A stretch of DNA of 64,000 nucleotides. Source: a candidate division FCPU426 bacterium. GTDB taxonomy: Bacteria > Oederibacteriota > Muellerivitia > Muellerivitales > Muellerivitaceae. The stretch is from assembly GCA_963796105.1 (NCBI GenBank), contig CAWCKJ010000002.1, positions 64,001-128,000 of the forward strand, given 5' to 3'. The notes beneath the pieces are model-generated. The model was not told the origin of the DNA, ran no database searches, and saw only the letters and a program-made list of their open reading frames with translations. The translations under genes and the position numbers were made by a program. Shown piece after piece: positions 43,301 through 52,534 of this stretch. Positions within the stretch are counted from its first letter, which is position 1, and every line of letters starts with the position of its first letter.

Positions 43301-44455
43301 ATAGGCCCCGGAAGAAAGTTGCCCCCCGATCACCCACATCCTGCCCGTCGCGGTCCCGTTTGAGGGGTTGAAAACCACCGAGGCGTGGCCCACCCGGGGG
43401 GAGAAGGCCGCGTTGGCGGTGGCGGGAATCCAGATATCTCCATTCGAGGAATAATAAACGTCATTTAAAAAAGAGGGGGCCGTGCCGTATTGTCCGCCGA
43501 TCACCCACATCTTGCCCGTTTGGGTCCCGTTGGCGGGGTTGAAAACCACCGAGCTATGTCCGGTCCTGGTCCGGAAGGCCGCGTTGGCCGTGGACTCGGT
43601 CCAGCAGGAGCCCAGGACGGACGTGGAACAGGTGGGCGTGTTGGTGATTATGGGGGTAGGGGTTGGCGTATTGGTGCTGGTTGTGTCATTGTCAGAGAGA
43701 ATCTCGATGCCCTGGTAGTCGGCCGTATTAGCTGAGCTTAACGCATAGGTCGGGAAATAGGTTCCGGGTGACGGGGCGGGCATTTCGTCGCCTTCGCTCA
43801 CCTTAGGCATCGGTTGTGCCCATCTTCTGGTTTGTCCCGTGCCCGCCACGATGCTGACCGTGGGATTGGTATTGCCCTGCATGCACATGGAAGCGATGAG
43901 GCTATTGTAGTAGAGGGTGTTGTCCGTAAAGGTCTGGGTCGTATTCGCGGGATTTGAGTAAAAAGTAGTCGCGCCATAAGGGGTGGTTTGGTTCACGTAT
44001 TGGTAGCAAAGAACAGCCATATCCAGGTATGCGCTTGCGCTGATAATGACCGTCACGGTATTGGTACCAACCGCGGGATTGACCAGGTACCAGGTTTCCA
44101 TGGAATCGCCATTGGGCGGGTCAGAATCCCTTCGGATCAAGCTGAAGGGAGTTGTGTTATAAGTCGCGGAAGTGACTGAAACGGCCGAATCGAAGATGGC
44201 GACCTGCAGGAGCAAAAGGGTATCGGTTCCGCTGGGGGATATGTTGGCCCGAAAAGTTGCGGCCTCGGTAGTCCCAGTTCCACCTTCGGTTACGTAAGCA
44301 GGTGAGGTTTGGGCCTGGAGGGAAAAGGGAAGGGACAAAAACAAAATGAATAATGCGAAATGGATCAACAGGAATGGGGAATGAAAAAAATCATTCCGCT
44401 TAAGCAAGGGAACGGTCAATCGGCTCATACAACCTCGCTGTATCTTCATAAACAT
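40361..44455 (-). CDS. Large secreted protein with two Kelch-like repeat blocks, NHL-like propeller, Thr/Pro linkers and C-terminal FlgD/Ig-like domain
   Basis: Repeated MWVIGG...NDVWYS.DG.NW...T.NAAF.PR units; C-terminal region paralogous to 280-4293; start may be 44428. Confidence 0.85.
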   Translation of the reverse strand: MFMKIQRGCMSRLTVPLLKRNDFFHSPFLLIHFALFILFLSLPFSLQAQTSPAYVTEGGTGTTEAATFRANISPSGTDTLLLLQVAIFDSAVSVTSATYNTTPFSLIRRDSDPPNGDSMETWYLVNPAVGTNTVTVIISASAYLDMAVLCYQYVNQTTPYGATTFYSNPANTTQTFTDNTLYYNSLIASMCMQGNTNPTVSIVAGTGQTRRWAQPMPKVSEGDEMPAPSPGTYFPTYALSSANTADYQGIEILSDNDTTSTNTPTPTPIITNTPTCSTSVLGSCWTESTANAAFRTRTGHSSVVFNPANGTQTGKMWVIGGQYGTAPSFLNDVYYSSNGDIWIPATANAAFSPRVGHASVVFNPSNGTATGRMWVIGGQLSSGAYANDAWYSTDGINWNPATPNAAFSGRWGMCSAVFNPVNGTASGKMWIIGGYTANGFANDVWYSSDGANWTQATANAPFTPRSWASALVYGGRLWVIGGSAATSDVWSTTDGVHWTLATSSPGFGFRYSDACMVYNGLMWVIGGTGLSSPENNDVWSSGDGANWTEATSSAPFPPRAGMSGVTFDNGSGPAMWVLGGWDGNLTTPYLNDVWHSNALPPTPTLTPTPTFTWTPTPTYTFSYTYTPTNTPTSTPTSTPTCSSSITGYCWSPATLNAAFPARNGHSSVVYNPSDGTQTGEMWVIGGGGNSGNAMNDAWYSPDGTNWSAATTNAAFSPRADHTSEVFNPADGTATGKMWVIGGLANATCQKDVWYSPDGANWSSATTNAAFPARFGHCGVVYNPADGTATGKMWVIGGWGLSGFLNDVWYSPDGVNWTEATASANFAARAFASAFVYAGKMWVAGGQGFEDVWSSSNGVSWTQVSQISAFGKKDSFPSLVYNGAMWLIGGQDWGTPSNDVWNSTDGNQWNEVNASAAFPPRDSNSAVVFNNRMWTLGGYTGSTALNDVWYTSMTVNTLTPTPTPPQQLAGWNLTADYVPSGFDGDINPWSVTTDGAYYIAVNDGDANGDIFVYDINGNSLYTITTNGGYLGNMALDTDGELYVPEYGTGVVGYILGPSGAVSDYTWNGEEDCVLPNSVRINGSGMNERLVIADDTGVWLLKWVDGTGSNIIPAGPGVYPQDAAMDSSGNFYVDNYLEPGTSITSYNSSYVSQGSFNGTGWAQVLGTYSAGIVVDSNNNLFISDWDNNRVVYASNTGAYSGEIDGGVLDFRNPSCLSFDPAGDLYAVDCGTTVVEEYKPGTADKIMNVVLGSKPTPTPAMTLTPTPNPTPPLPTSDSAAAWPNISQDGTPIQFRVMLTGQSTPIKLAIYSIVGELVYSADISGNPGLNEMEWDLRNNSGTPVATGVYIYRVQAGSRIFSGKVAVIH

Positions 44456-44930
44456 CGTTCAGATTAGAATACGGACAGTTGCGACTTAATGTTTAAAGTG
44501 TAAACCCGGATGGTGTTTTATGCAATTTGCCGGAAGGGGGCTATATAAAGGGTTTTAGGGGCATTTCAGGTTTTTGTAGAAGCTGAGCCTCTGAATACTC
44601 TTTGGTTAAATAAGTTTGTAATTGGTTTAATTTTTAATTGTTCATTTTTCATTGCCGTATTGGTGCCTTTGATTTTCCATTGTTCATAGTACATTTTTCA
44701 TTATGTTCACCTGCGTCCCTGTGGTGAGAGGTAGTCTTTGATACTGTGGTTTCGAAGAAACCTGTGTTTTGGCCTTTGGTTATCTGTATTTGTTGCTTTT
44801 GAAGTTATTTAAAAGGACCCAATTGAAGTTGTTATCGTGGTTCTGAAAGAAACCGTGGTGAGATGGCCGTTGCCTGAAATTCAACATTCAAAATTCATAA
44901 TTTAAAATTCGCGTTCTTTGGTTTTTCGCG

Positions 44931-47114
44931 TTAGTGGAATGCCACGATGCGGTAGTTGTACTTGTCCAAAACGTAGAAGGTGCCGGCCCCGTCCGTGGCG
45001 ACGTCGCTGATCCCGGTGGCCAGATTACCCGACCCGAATTGGCCGGTCACGGTCCCGGAAGGATTGAATTCCCAGACCATGGCGTTGTTGTTGTCCGAGG
45101 CGTAAACGTTGCCGGAGGGGTCCGTCGTGACGCCGGTGGGGTAAAAGCCGGGGGAAAGTCCAGGTATCGTGAGGGTGTTGAGATGGGTCCCGGTCGGGCT
45201 GAATTCCATGACGCCAAAACCATTATTAGCCCCCCAAATATTGTTGCCGGCGTCCATGGCCAGGTTATAGGAGCCCCCGCAGAAGAGGCAGGTATAGGCG
45301 GTGAGGGCGGTATAGGTGGTTCCGCTGATGGAATAGGAGATGAATTCGGCGTAATAAGGGACTGAAACGTAAAGGGTCGTTCCCGCGTCGTTGACGGCCA
45401 AGCCCGCTGAGTATTTAGTGAGGGCGAAAGAGGCCAGGTAGGCGCCGGACGGGTTGAAGACAACCCCCAGGTTGTTGCCGCCGTCCACGACGTAAATGTT
45501 GCCGGTCGTGGGGTCCAGCCCCACGCCCTGCGGCGAGTAAAAGGTGCTGCCTCCGTTGTAGGTGGTGATGGTCGTCACGGGGCTGGTGCCGTTCGTCGCC
45601 CATTCCTGGAGGTTGTTGTTGTACTCATCAGAGACCCAGAGGTGGCCGTTCGTGTATTGGATCCCGTAGAGGCCGTTAAAATAGGAGCCGGACCCGAGGG
45701 TGGCGAAGGCGCTGAGGGAATTGGTGGGCGTGCTCGTGGCGGTATTGGTGGCGGTCGGGGTCGGGGTGAAGGTCGGGGACGGCGTGGGGGAGCCGGTGGG
45801 CGTATTGGTCGGGGTGGGGGTGCTGGTGGGGGTCGGGGTGGAAGTGGCGGTGAAAGTCGCGGTCGGCACCAGGACCGAGTGGGTGTTTCCGTTGATGGGC
45901 CCGCCGATAACCGTCGCGGGGGTTCCCGTTTGCGCGCCCACTGCCGAAATCGTTTCCGCGCTGACAGAGTTGTCAAAGGACGCGTTCCCGGAGGCATCCA
46001 GGCTGAAAACCAGAAGCAGGGTCTGCGGTGTTCCTGGCGAAACCTCCAAAAGGCCCCCGGCTTTGGTGAAAGTCACGGCGCCGCTGGTGAAGGTTCCCCA
46101 GGCCAGGGCGGTCCCGCCGCCCGTGTACAAACCGTTCGCGCCGGAGTCATCCCCGCTTGCGCCGGTATCCTGGTACAAGCTCACGCTGTTGGCTGTCACA
46201 TCCGCGCCGGTCAAAGAGCCCTCCAGGCCGAAGGCGATCTGATTTATCGAGACAGGCTCCTGGCCGAGAACCTTCAAGACGACCTGGATTCCCGTCACAT
46301 CCGCCTGGCTGGTGAGGTAGTTTTGGGACGCCGGATCGCCGTTCCAGGCAAGGATCAGCTTGGGCTGGGGCGTGGGAGTCACGGTGGGAGTTTCAGTGGG
46401 TGTAGGCGTCTGGGTCGGCGAGTCGGTGGATGTGGGGGTGGAAGTATTCGTAATGGTATTTGTCCAGGTGGGCGTTGGCGTCATCGAATCCGTGGGAGTC
46501 CAAGTAGGAGTTAGGAATGTGGAGGTAGGAGTTGTTGAAGGGGTGTAGGTCAGGGTGCCGGGAGGGAAAGTCGGCGAGTAGGTCGGGGTTTCCAGGATCG
46601 TCACGGGCGTGTCCGTAAAAGTCAAAGTAGGAGTTAGGAACGTGGAGGTAGGAGTTGTAGTAGGCGTGTAGGTCAGGGTGCCGGGCGGGAAAGTCGGCGT
46701 ATAGGTTTCAGTCACCAATACGGTCACGGGAGTGTCCGTAGAAGTCAAAGTAGGAGTCAGGAATGTGGGAGTAGGAGTTTCGGAAGGCGTGGCTGTCAGG
46801 GTGCCGGGCGGGAAGGTGCGGGTGTAGGTCGGTGTTTCCAGGATGGTCACGGGGGTGTCGGTCGGCACGGGAGTGTCCGTGGAAGTCAAAGTAGGAGTCA
46901 GGAATGTTGAAGTTGGGGTCGCGGAAGGCGTGGCAGTCAAGGTGCCGGGGGGAAAGGTGGGGGAGGGGGTGGCTGTCACGAGGATGGTGACAGGCTGGGT
47001 GACTGTGACGGGGGAGGAGGGCCCGGCGGTATTGTTCGAGCATCCGGTGGGGAACAGCGATAAAAAGGACGAAAGAACCAAGACGCAGCATGGAATATAA
47101 ATGGAACGGCTCAT
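44931..47114 (-). CDS. Thr/Pro-rich lipoprotein with C-terminal NHL-like beta-propeller
   Basis: Lipobox-like LFPTGC; four TFPPGTLT...TFLTPT repeats; PTGVTTDPSGNVYASD. Confidence 0.82.
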   Translation of the reverse strand: MSRSIYIPCCVLVLSSFLSLFPTGCSNNTAGPSSPVTVTQPVTILVTATPSPTFPPGTLTATPSATPTSTFLTPTLTSTDTPVPTDTPVTILETPTYTRTFPPGTLTATPSETPTPTFLTPTLTSTDTPVTVLVTETYTPTFPPGTLTYTPTTTPTSTFLTPTLTFTDTPVTILETPTYSPTFPPGTLTYTPSTTPTSTFLTPTWTPTDSMTPTPTWTNTITNTSTPTSTDSPTQTPTPTETPTVTPTPQPKLILAWNGDPASQNYLTSQADVTGIQVVLKVLGQEPVSINQIAFGLEGSLTGADVTANSVSLYQDTGASGDDSGANGLYTGGGTALAWGTFTSGAVTFTKAGGLLEVSPGTPQTLLLVFSLDASGNASFDNSVSAETISAVGAQTGTPATVIGGPINGNTHSVLVPTATFTATSTPTPTSTPTPTNTPTGSPTPSPTFTPTPTATNTATSTPTNSLSAFATLGSGSYFNGLYGIQYTNGHLWVSDEYNNNLQEWATNGTSPVTTITTYNGGSTFYSPQGVGLDPTTGNIYVVDGGNNLGVVFNPSGAYLASFALTKYSAGLAVNDAGTTLYVSVPYYAEFISYSISGTTYTALTAYTCLFCGGSYNLAMDAGNNIWGANNGFGVMEFSPTGTHLNTLTIPGLSPGFYPTGVTTDPSGNVYASDNNNAMVWEFNPSGTVTGQFGSGNLATGISDVATDGAGTFYVLDKYNYRIVAFH

Positions 47115-47561
47115 GACTTGTCTCCCCTGGAAGAAGGTTATGCATCGCGGGGGAGAAGGTCAACAAGGTAAAACGAATAATGGGGGGCTTTTATATGAAG
47201 AGTTACTTTAGGTAATGGGCAGTCATGCGTTGTATTCATTTTCCATCGTACGTTGTTCGTTGCCCTATCGCGGTGCGGGAGATCTGGCCCCTTTGTCTTT
47301 GTACAAATAGTATGTAACCTCTGAAAAAGTCGGCCATCGCCTCCTTTTTCAGAAAACAAATTATGGAAACCCCACGATTTCCTGCGGAAATCTTTGGGGT
47401 CGAAACCTCTGTTGGTCGCTTTTAATAGTTTTTCAGAGGTTTCAGTATTACTAAATGTACATATCAATCTCAGGGGAACGGCTGATTCCAGGCCCGTCTT
47501 GCGCCGGGGCTTTCTGGGGTGGTTTAGATTGGGGCGGCCGCTTCCATCACGGCTGGATCGT

Positions 47562-47590
47562 TAATATAAAATGAAGACTTGACCCCAATG
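47562..47590 (+). repeat. Solo copy of the RAYT terminal repeat
   Basis: TAATATAAAATGAAGACTTGACCCCAATG, one mismatch to 35676-35704. Confidence 0.85.
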
Positions 47591-47628
47591 GTAAGAGTTC
47601 CCGGGCCTGCCCCGAGCTTGTCGAGGGG

Positions 47629-48219
47629 TTATCGGACCCTATATATCGCCCTGGGTTCCTCCAAATATCCGATCCGGTGCTTGGGCTTCTCGGGCACTTT
47701 CATCAGCTCCCTTAAGGCATCGAAAACAGCCTGGATTTTCGCATCCTGGGAACCCACCTTTTTCTCTAAAGCCTCCAGTTTTCGGGCCAAGTCCTTATGA
47801 ACCGCCAATGCTTCCCGCAGACGCACGAAAGCGCGCACGACAAACACACTCATTCGAACGGCCTGTTTGCTATTGAGGACATTGGCCGCCATTAGTGCGC
47901 CATGCTCGGTAAAAGCCCAGGGAAGGAATTTTCGGTGCTTTCCACGTCCGCTTTTTAAGGTCGCAAATTGCGACCTTAAAGGCTCAATTCGAGTTTTCAA
48001 GTACGACAACTCTTGGGTGGTCAGTTGGAAAGAGAAATCTTGCGGAAAACGTGCTTTGTTGCGCCGCACTTGTTCATTCAGCCGTTTCGTCAGAACGCCG
48101 TAAACACGGGCAAGGTCGGAATCCAATATGACCTTTTGACCGCGAATGATGAGAATCAATCCCTCGACAACAGCCGGAACCTTATATTCACCTTGGACTT
48201 CCGTCATAAACATCTCCAT
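47629..48219 (-). CDS. ORF6N/KilA-N-like DNA-binding protein
   Basis: IRGQKVILDSDLARVYGV.TKRLNEQVRRN..RFP.DF.FQLT, PWAFTEHGALMAANVL. Confidence 0.92.
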   Translation of the reverse strand: MEMFMTEVQGEYKVPAVVEGLILIIRGQKVILDSDLARVYGVLTKRLNEQVRRNKARFPQDFSFQLTTQELSYLKTRIEPLRSQFATLKSGRGKHRKFLPWAFTEHGALMAANVLNSKQAVRMSVFVVRAFVRLREALAVHKDLARKLEALEKKVGSQDAKIQAVFDALRELMKVPEKPKHRIGYLEEPRAIYRVR

Positions 48220-48534
48220 ATTTTGAATTTATATTTTTAATCAGTTAAAAGGGTGCTCCATCTTGAATGTCTTTTGGGCCATATCCCGTTCTAGTGCGAC
48301 ATCGGATGGTTGGTATTTTAAAACCGGGAATTATGGGAGTGAAACAAAAAAAGACCCAAAACGGGTAATAGTTTGCATTGGCCTTAAATCTAGTTAGAAA
48401 AGGCGCAAGAGGATTAGGATTTTGCAGTGTTCTGGTTGGCTGAAAAAAAGTAAGGTTTTTTGGCCCTCAATTTCTAATTTCTAACGGCTAACTCCTAATT
48501 CATTCTGTTATGAATGTCTTGGCGTATTTATTAG

Positions 48535-48795
48535 GCGGAAAAAGGGGAGGTGAATTATCCAACTAGAACCCTGTACAAGATCGCCGATGCCCTGGGATGC
48601 GACGTAACTGATCTCTTTACCGGCTGCCAAGGCCCCGGGCTTGCCCGGGGGCCTAGCCGTGTACTTGGGCGGGATTCCATGCCCGGCCCAAGTGGCGACC
48701 CGAAGGGTCGTCCCTTGATAAAACCCACCACAGATCGGCCCGCTCCGGGGCATTCTTCCAAGAAACCAAAACCCAAAAAACACGTATTACCGTGA
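48535..48795 (+). pseudogene. XRE-family HTH remnant carrying a 99-bp in-frame insertion
   Basis: AEKGEVNYPTRTLYKIADALGCDVTDLF; N-terminal helices missing (TAG immediately upstream). Confidence 0.7.
48619..48717 (+). mobile_element. 99-bp three-hairpin element
   Basis: Homologous to 58980-59075; absent from the paralogous XRE remnant at about 55015. Confidence 0.8.
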
Positions 48796-48808
48796 TTTCG
48801 AAGAAACC

Positions 48809-49346
48809 TGTGCCAATCTTCCATAAAGATTAAATGGAGATTGGTACGATACCAGCCACCCTATTAGTTTTATGGAGGGCTGGCATGTGCCAATCTTCCA
48901 TAAAGATTAAATGGAGATTGGTACGATACCAGCCACCCTATTAGTTTTATGGAGGGCTGGCATGTGCCAATCTTCCATTAAGCATATGTGGAGATTGGTA
49001 CGATACCAGCCACCTATTAGTTTTATGGAGGGCTGGCATGTGCCAATCTTCCATTAAGCATATGTGGAGATTGGTACGATACCAGCCACCTATTAGTTTT
49101 ATGGAGGGCTGGCATGTGCCAATCTTCCATAAAGATTAAATGGAGATTGGTACGATACCAGCCACCCTATTAGTTTTATGGAGGGCTGGCATGTGCCAAT
49201 CTTCCATTAAGCATATGTGGAGATTGGTACGATACCAGCCACCTATTAGTTTTATGGAGGGCTGGCATGTGCCAATCTTCCATTAAGCATATGTGGAGAT
49301 TGGTACGATACCAGCCACCTATTAGTTTTATGGAGGGCTGGCATGT
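48809..49346 (+). repeat. Tandem array of 7 double-hairpin units (77/76-bp variants, order A A B B A B B)
   Basis: Unit starts 48809, 48886, 48963, 49039, 49115, 49192, 49268. Confidence 0.97.
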
Positions 49347-49375
49347 TGGTGTGCGCCCCAAACCTTGGACAGTTT

Positions 49376-50212
49376 TTACTCCAAGTTGAGAATAGGTTTT
49401 CCGGCGATTGGTTTGAGTGACTTTAAAGCCTCGAACTCCTCAGGCGGCATGTAGCCGATAGAAGAATGCAACCGTTTTTTGTTATACACCTCCTCGATGA
49501 AGTATGGAAGTCTTTGAAGCACTTCCTGATAAGTTTCGTAATTGAATAGATGCACCTCCTCATATTTCAAGGTTTTGAAAAAGGATTCCGCATTTGCATT
49601 GTCGTAAGGGTTGCCTGTCCTGGACATGCTGATCCTTAATCCTTTGGACTCAAGCAGGGCCACGTAATCCCAGCAGGCATATTGCACCCCTCTGTCTGAA
49701 TGGTGGATGCATCCCGGAAGAGGATTCCTTTCCTCTAAAGCCATGCGTAAAGCCGAAAGCGACAACTCCCGATCCAGTCTCTTGGAAACCGCCCACCCGA
49801 TCACCTTTCTGGAAAAACGATCCAGAATGGCCGCCAGATAAACAAAGCAAGTGAGGATTCGGATATAGGTAATATCCGCCACCCACACTTGATTGACAGC
49901 AGTTTCTGCCACCCTTTCCAAGAGGTTGGGGAACACCGGCAGGTCGTGATTGGATTGGGTGGTTTGGATCTTGAACCTTTTCCCCCAAATAATAGGGTAA
50001 AGACCGTATTTCCTTACCACCCGCCGAATCCGTTTGGCGTTAATCCTTAATCCCTCCCGTAAAAAGTGGTGGTAGAGCCTCCGATAGCCGTAGTAGGGGA
50101 AGGTCAATCTCACCTGCTCGATTCGGTTCTTTAAGTCCAAATCTCTTTGTTCCTGAATCTCCGGTTCACTTTTAAGTGCAGAATAATAGGTACTTCGAGG
50201 AAGCCCCATCAT
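49376..50212 (-). CDS. IS3-family transposase OrfB (DDE integrase core)
   Basis: WVADITYI, HHSDRGVQY, DNANAESFFKTLK. Confidence 0.95.
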   Translation of the reverse strand: MMGLPRSTYYSALKSEPEIQEQRDLDLKNRIEQVRLTFPYYGYRRLYHHFLREGLRINAKRIRRVVRKYGLYPIIWGKRFKIQTTQSNHDLPVFPNLLERVAETAVNQVWVADITYIRILTCFVYLAAILDRFSRKVIGWAVSKRLDRELSLSALRMALEERNPLPGCIHHSDRGVQYACWDYVALLESKGLRISMSRTGNPYDNANAESFFKTLKYEEVHLFNYETYQEVLQRLPYFIEEVYNKKRLHSSIGYMPPEEFEALKSLKPIAGKPILNLE

Positions 50213-50556
50213 TTGGCATCCTCTTGAAATTGAGCCAAATTCCTTGAGGTGATCACGGAGGTATCGAGCTTTCTCTGGTTTTCCGCGTATTTTTGGAATT
50301 TTTTTAAAAGGTCTATCGCCATGATCAATTCCCCAATCTTGGCTTTGAGTTTCTCATTCTCTTTTTCCAAGGCTTTTTCACGGGGGGAAGGCTTTTCAAC
50401 CAGTGATCCTTGGCGAAATTTATCCCGCCAATTCTTTATGACGCTAGGGTCGATTTGATATTGGCGTGCGGCCCCATTAATGGACTGGCCAGACTCTATT
50501 TCCCGAACAACCTGTTGTTTGAAATCAACACTGAATTTTCGTCGTATTTTACCCAT
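50209..50556 (-). CDS. IS3-family transposase OrfA (HTH)
   Basis: RRKFSVDFKQQVV, coiled-coil tail, ATGA overlap with orfB. Confidence 0.92.
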   Translation of the reverse strand: MGKIRRKFSVDFKQQVVREIESGQSINGAARQYQIDPSVIKNWRDKFRQGSLVEKPSPREKALEKENEKLKAKIGELIMAIDLLKKFQKYAENQRKLDTSVITSRNLAQFQEDAK

Positions 50557-50737
50557 CTGGAAACGCTCCTTTGGGGGGCTACCCCTTGAGCCGTTTCCCT
50601 ATTCTCTATTTTTTGCTTCAACTGTCCAACCTAAGGGCGCATACCACCCTCTCATAGTTGAAAAGAAGGTGGTGGCTCCTCTGCCCAGACTGTAAAGTCT
50701 GGGTGACCAATTTTTTTAAAAAAGAGAGGAAACCACC

Positions 50738-52006
50738 ATGAAAAAGTTACACCGTAGTGCCTTGAAAGGCGACAAGAATCTTTGGCAGATGCCGCTCAGC
50801 CCGGAAGATCGGGTGGCAATGATTCAGGACGGGCTTAACAGCTTGGCTTACCAGTTAGGGGTGATGGCGGCCCAAGAGTTTTTGCAGGCTGAAATCAAAG
50901 ACTTTTGTGGTCCCCGATACCAACGCCAGCCGGAACGGTCGATCAGCCGTTGGGGAAGTCAAGGCGGAACCGTGGTTTTAGCGGGCCGAAAAGTGCCCAT
51001 CCTCAAGCCCCGGGCTCGGATGAAAGACGGCCGTGAGATCGTTTTAGAAACCTACCAGAAACTCCAAAATCCCGAAGCCATACCTGAAAGCGCCCTTCGG
51101 CATATGGTTCGAGGGGTTTCCTGCCGGGAGTACGAAGGTTGCCTGGAACCGTTGGCCAAAGGCTTTGGGATGAAGCGCTCTTGCGTGAGTCGAGGGTTCG
51201 TAAAGGCCTCGGCGAAACAGATGAAATTACTTGCGGAAAGGCGTTTTGAGGGCCAAGAGTTTCTGGCGGTATTCATCGACGGAGTGCCCTATGGGGGCGA
51301 GATGATGGTAGTAGCCCTGGGAGTGAAAGGCGGAAAAGACGCTGGAAAGAAAGTTATTTTGGGGCTTCGTCAAGGGGCCACGGAGAACGCCCAGGTCTGT
51401 AGCGACCTGCTGACGGACTTGAGGGACCGGGGTCTTTCCTTTGGAAATCCGATGTTGTTCATACTGGATGGGTCCAAGGCTCTGACGGCAGCCGTGAAAC
51501 GGCTTTGTGGGGAAAAAGCGAAAATCCAACGTTGTCAGCAGCACAAAATCCGAAACGTGCTGGGCTATGTGACTAAAAAACATCAAGACGAAATCCGCGA
51601 TCGCATGGCCGAAGCTTACGCCTGCCAGGATTGGCGAGAAGGGGAGAAACGCCTGAATACCCTGGCCGCCTGGCTGACGCGGATTAACCCAGATGCCGCC
51701 GCCAGCCTGAGGGAAGGCCTTGAAGAAACTCTGACGGTGGTCAAACTGGGCCTCCCTGCGGTGTTGGCGAAAAGCTTAGTGACGACGAACCCCATCGAGT
51801 CGGCATTCAGTGTGGCGGGCAAGGTGACCGGGAGGGTGAAACGGTGGCGAGGTGGAGACATGCGCCGACGCTGGTTAACGGCGGGCCTGATGCGGGCCGA
51901 AGAGGCTTTCAGACGCCTGAAGGGATACAGGGAAATTCCAATCTTACAGGCGGCTTTGAGGAGGTGTACGGCGAACGACGTTGACGGGGAAACAGCTGCG
52001 GCTTAA
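50738..52006 (+). CDS. IS256-family (Mutator-like) transposase
   Basis: RGVSCR, VFIDG, ILDGSKAL, QRCQQHK, TTNPIES. Confidence 0.93.
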   Translation: MKKLHRSALKGDKNLWQMPLSPEDRVAMIQDGLNSLAYQLGVMAAQEFLQAEIKDFCGPRYQRQPERSISRWGSQGGTVVLAGRKVPILKPRARMKDGREIVLETYQKLQNPEAIPESALRHMVRGVSCREYEGCLEPLAKGFGMKRSCVSRGFVKASAKQMKLLAERRFEGQEFLAVFIDGVPYGGEMMVVALGVKGGKDAGKKVILGLRQGATENAQVCSDLLTDLRDRGLSFGNPMLFILDGSKALTAAVKRLCGEKAKIQRCQQHKIRNVLGYVTKKHQDEIRDRMAEAYACQDWREGEKRLNTLAAWLTRINPDAAASLREGLEETLTVVKLGLPAVLAKSLVTTNPIESAFSVAGKVTGRVKRWRGGDMRRRWLTAGLMRAEEAFRRLKGYREIPILQAALRRCTANDVDGETAAA

Positions 52007-52056
52007 GGTAGTCAAATCGGAGCCGCCACGAATTTCAACTGACGGCGGGACAACTT

Positions 52057-52295
52057 CGCCGATTTTCCATAAATCAGTTAATGAAATCGGTGCTATACCG
52101 AACTTTCCTTTTAAGCCTTATGGTGGTTTAGCATGAGTTCCTGTGCCAATCTTCCTTTAAGCATATGTGGAGATTGGTACGATACCAGCCCCCTATTAGT
52201 TTTATGGAGGGCTGGCATGTGCCAATCTTCCATAAAGATTAAATGGAGATTGGTACGATACCAGCCACCCTATTAGTTTTATGGAGGGCTGGCAT
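52057..52295 (+). repeat. Three further double-hairpin units right of IS256
   Basis: Divergent copy 52057-52133, then B-type and A-type copies from 52142. Confidence 0.9.
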
Positions 52296-52534
52296 GTGGT
52301 TAGATGTTGAAGTTATTGGTTTTGATGGTTTTAGCCGTACCCCAAAGAATGCCTTACCGTGTTCTCTGTGGTTTCGAAGAAACCCGTGGTGAGAAATTGT
52401 TGCTTTCAATTCATAATTTAAAATTCAAAACTTAAAATTCGCTCTTTTGCGCTCTGTGGTGAGAAGGTCGTTGCCTTCGATTCATAATTCAACACTCAAA
52501 ATTTAGAATTGTCCGCGGTTGATGGGTTTTTCCG

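Larger units (their letters stand above)
49347..50646 (-). mobile_element. IS3-family insertion sequence
   Basis: TG...CA imperfect TIRs TGGTGTGCGCCCC..TTGGACAGTT / AACTGTCCAA..GGGCGCATACCA; no target duplication seen. Confidence 0.9.

Noticed and set aside
48809..49346. CRISPR array
   Set aside because: Only two alternating variants, no unique spacers, no cas genes in window.
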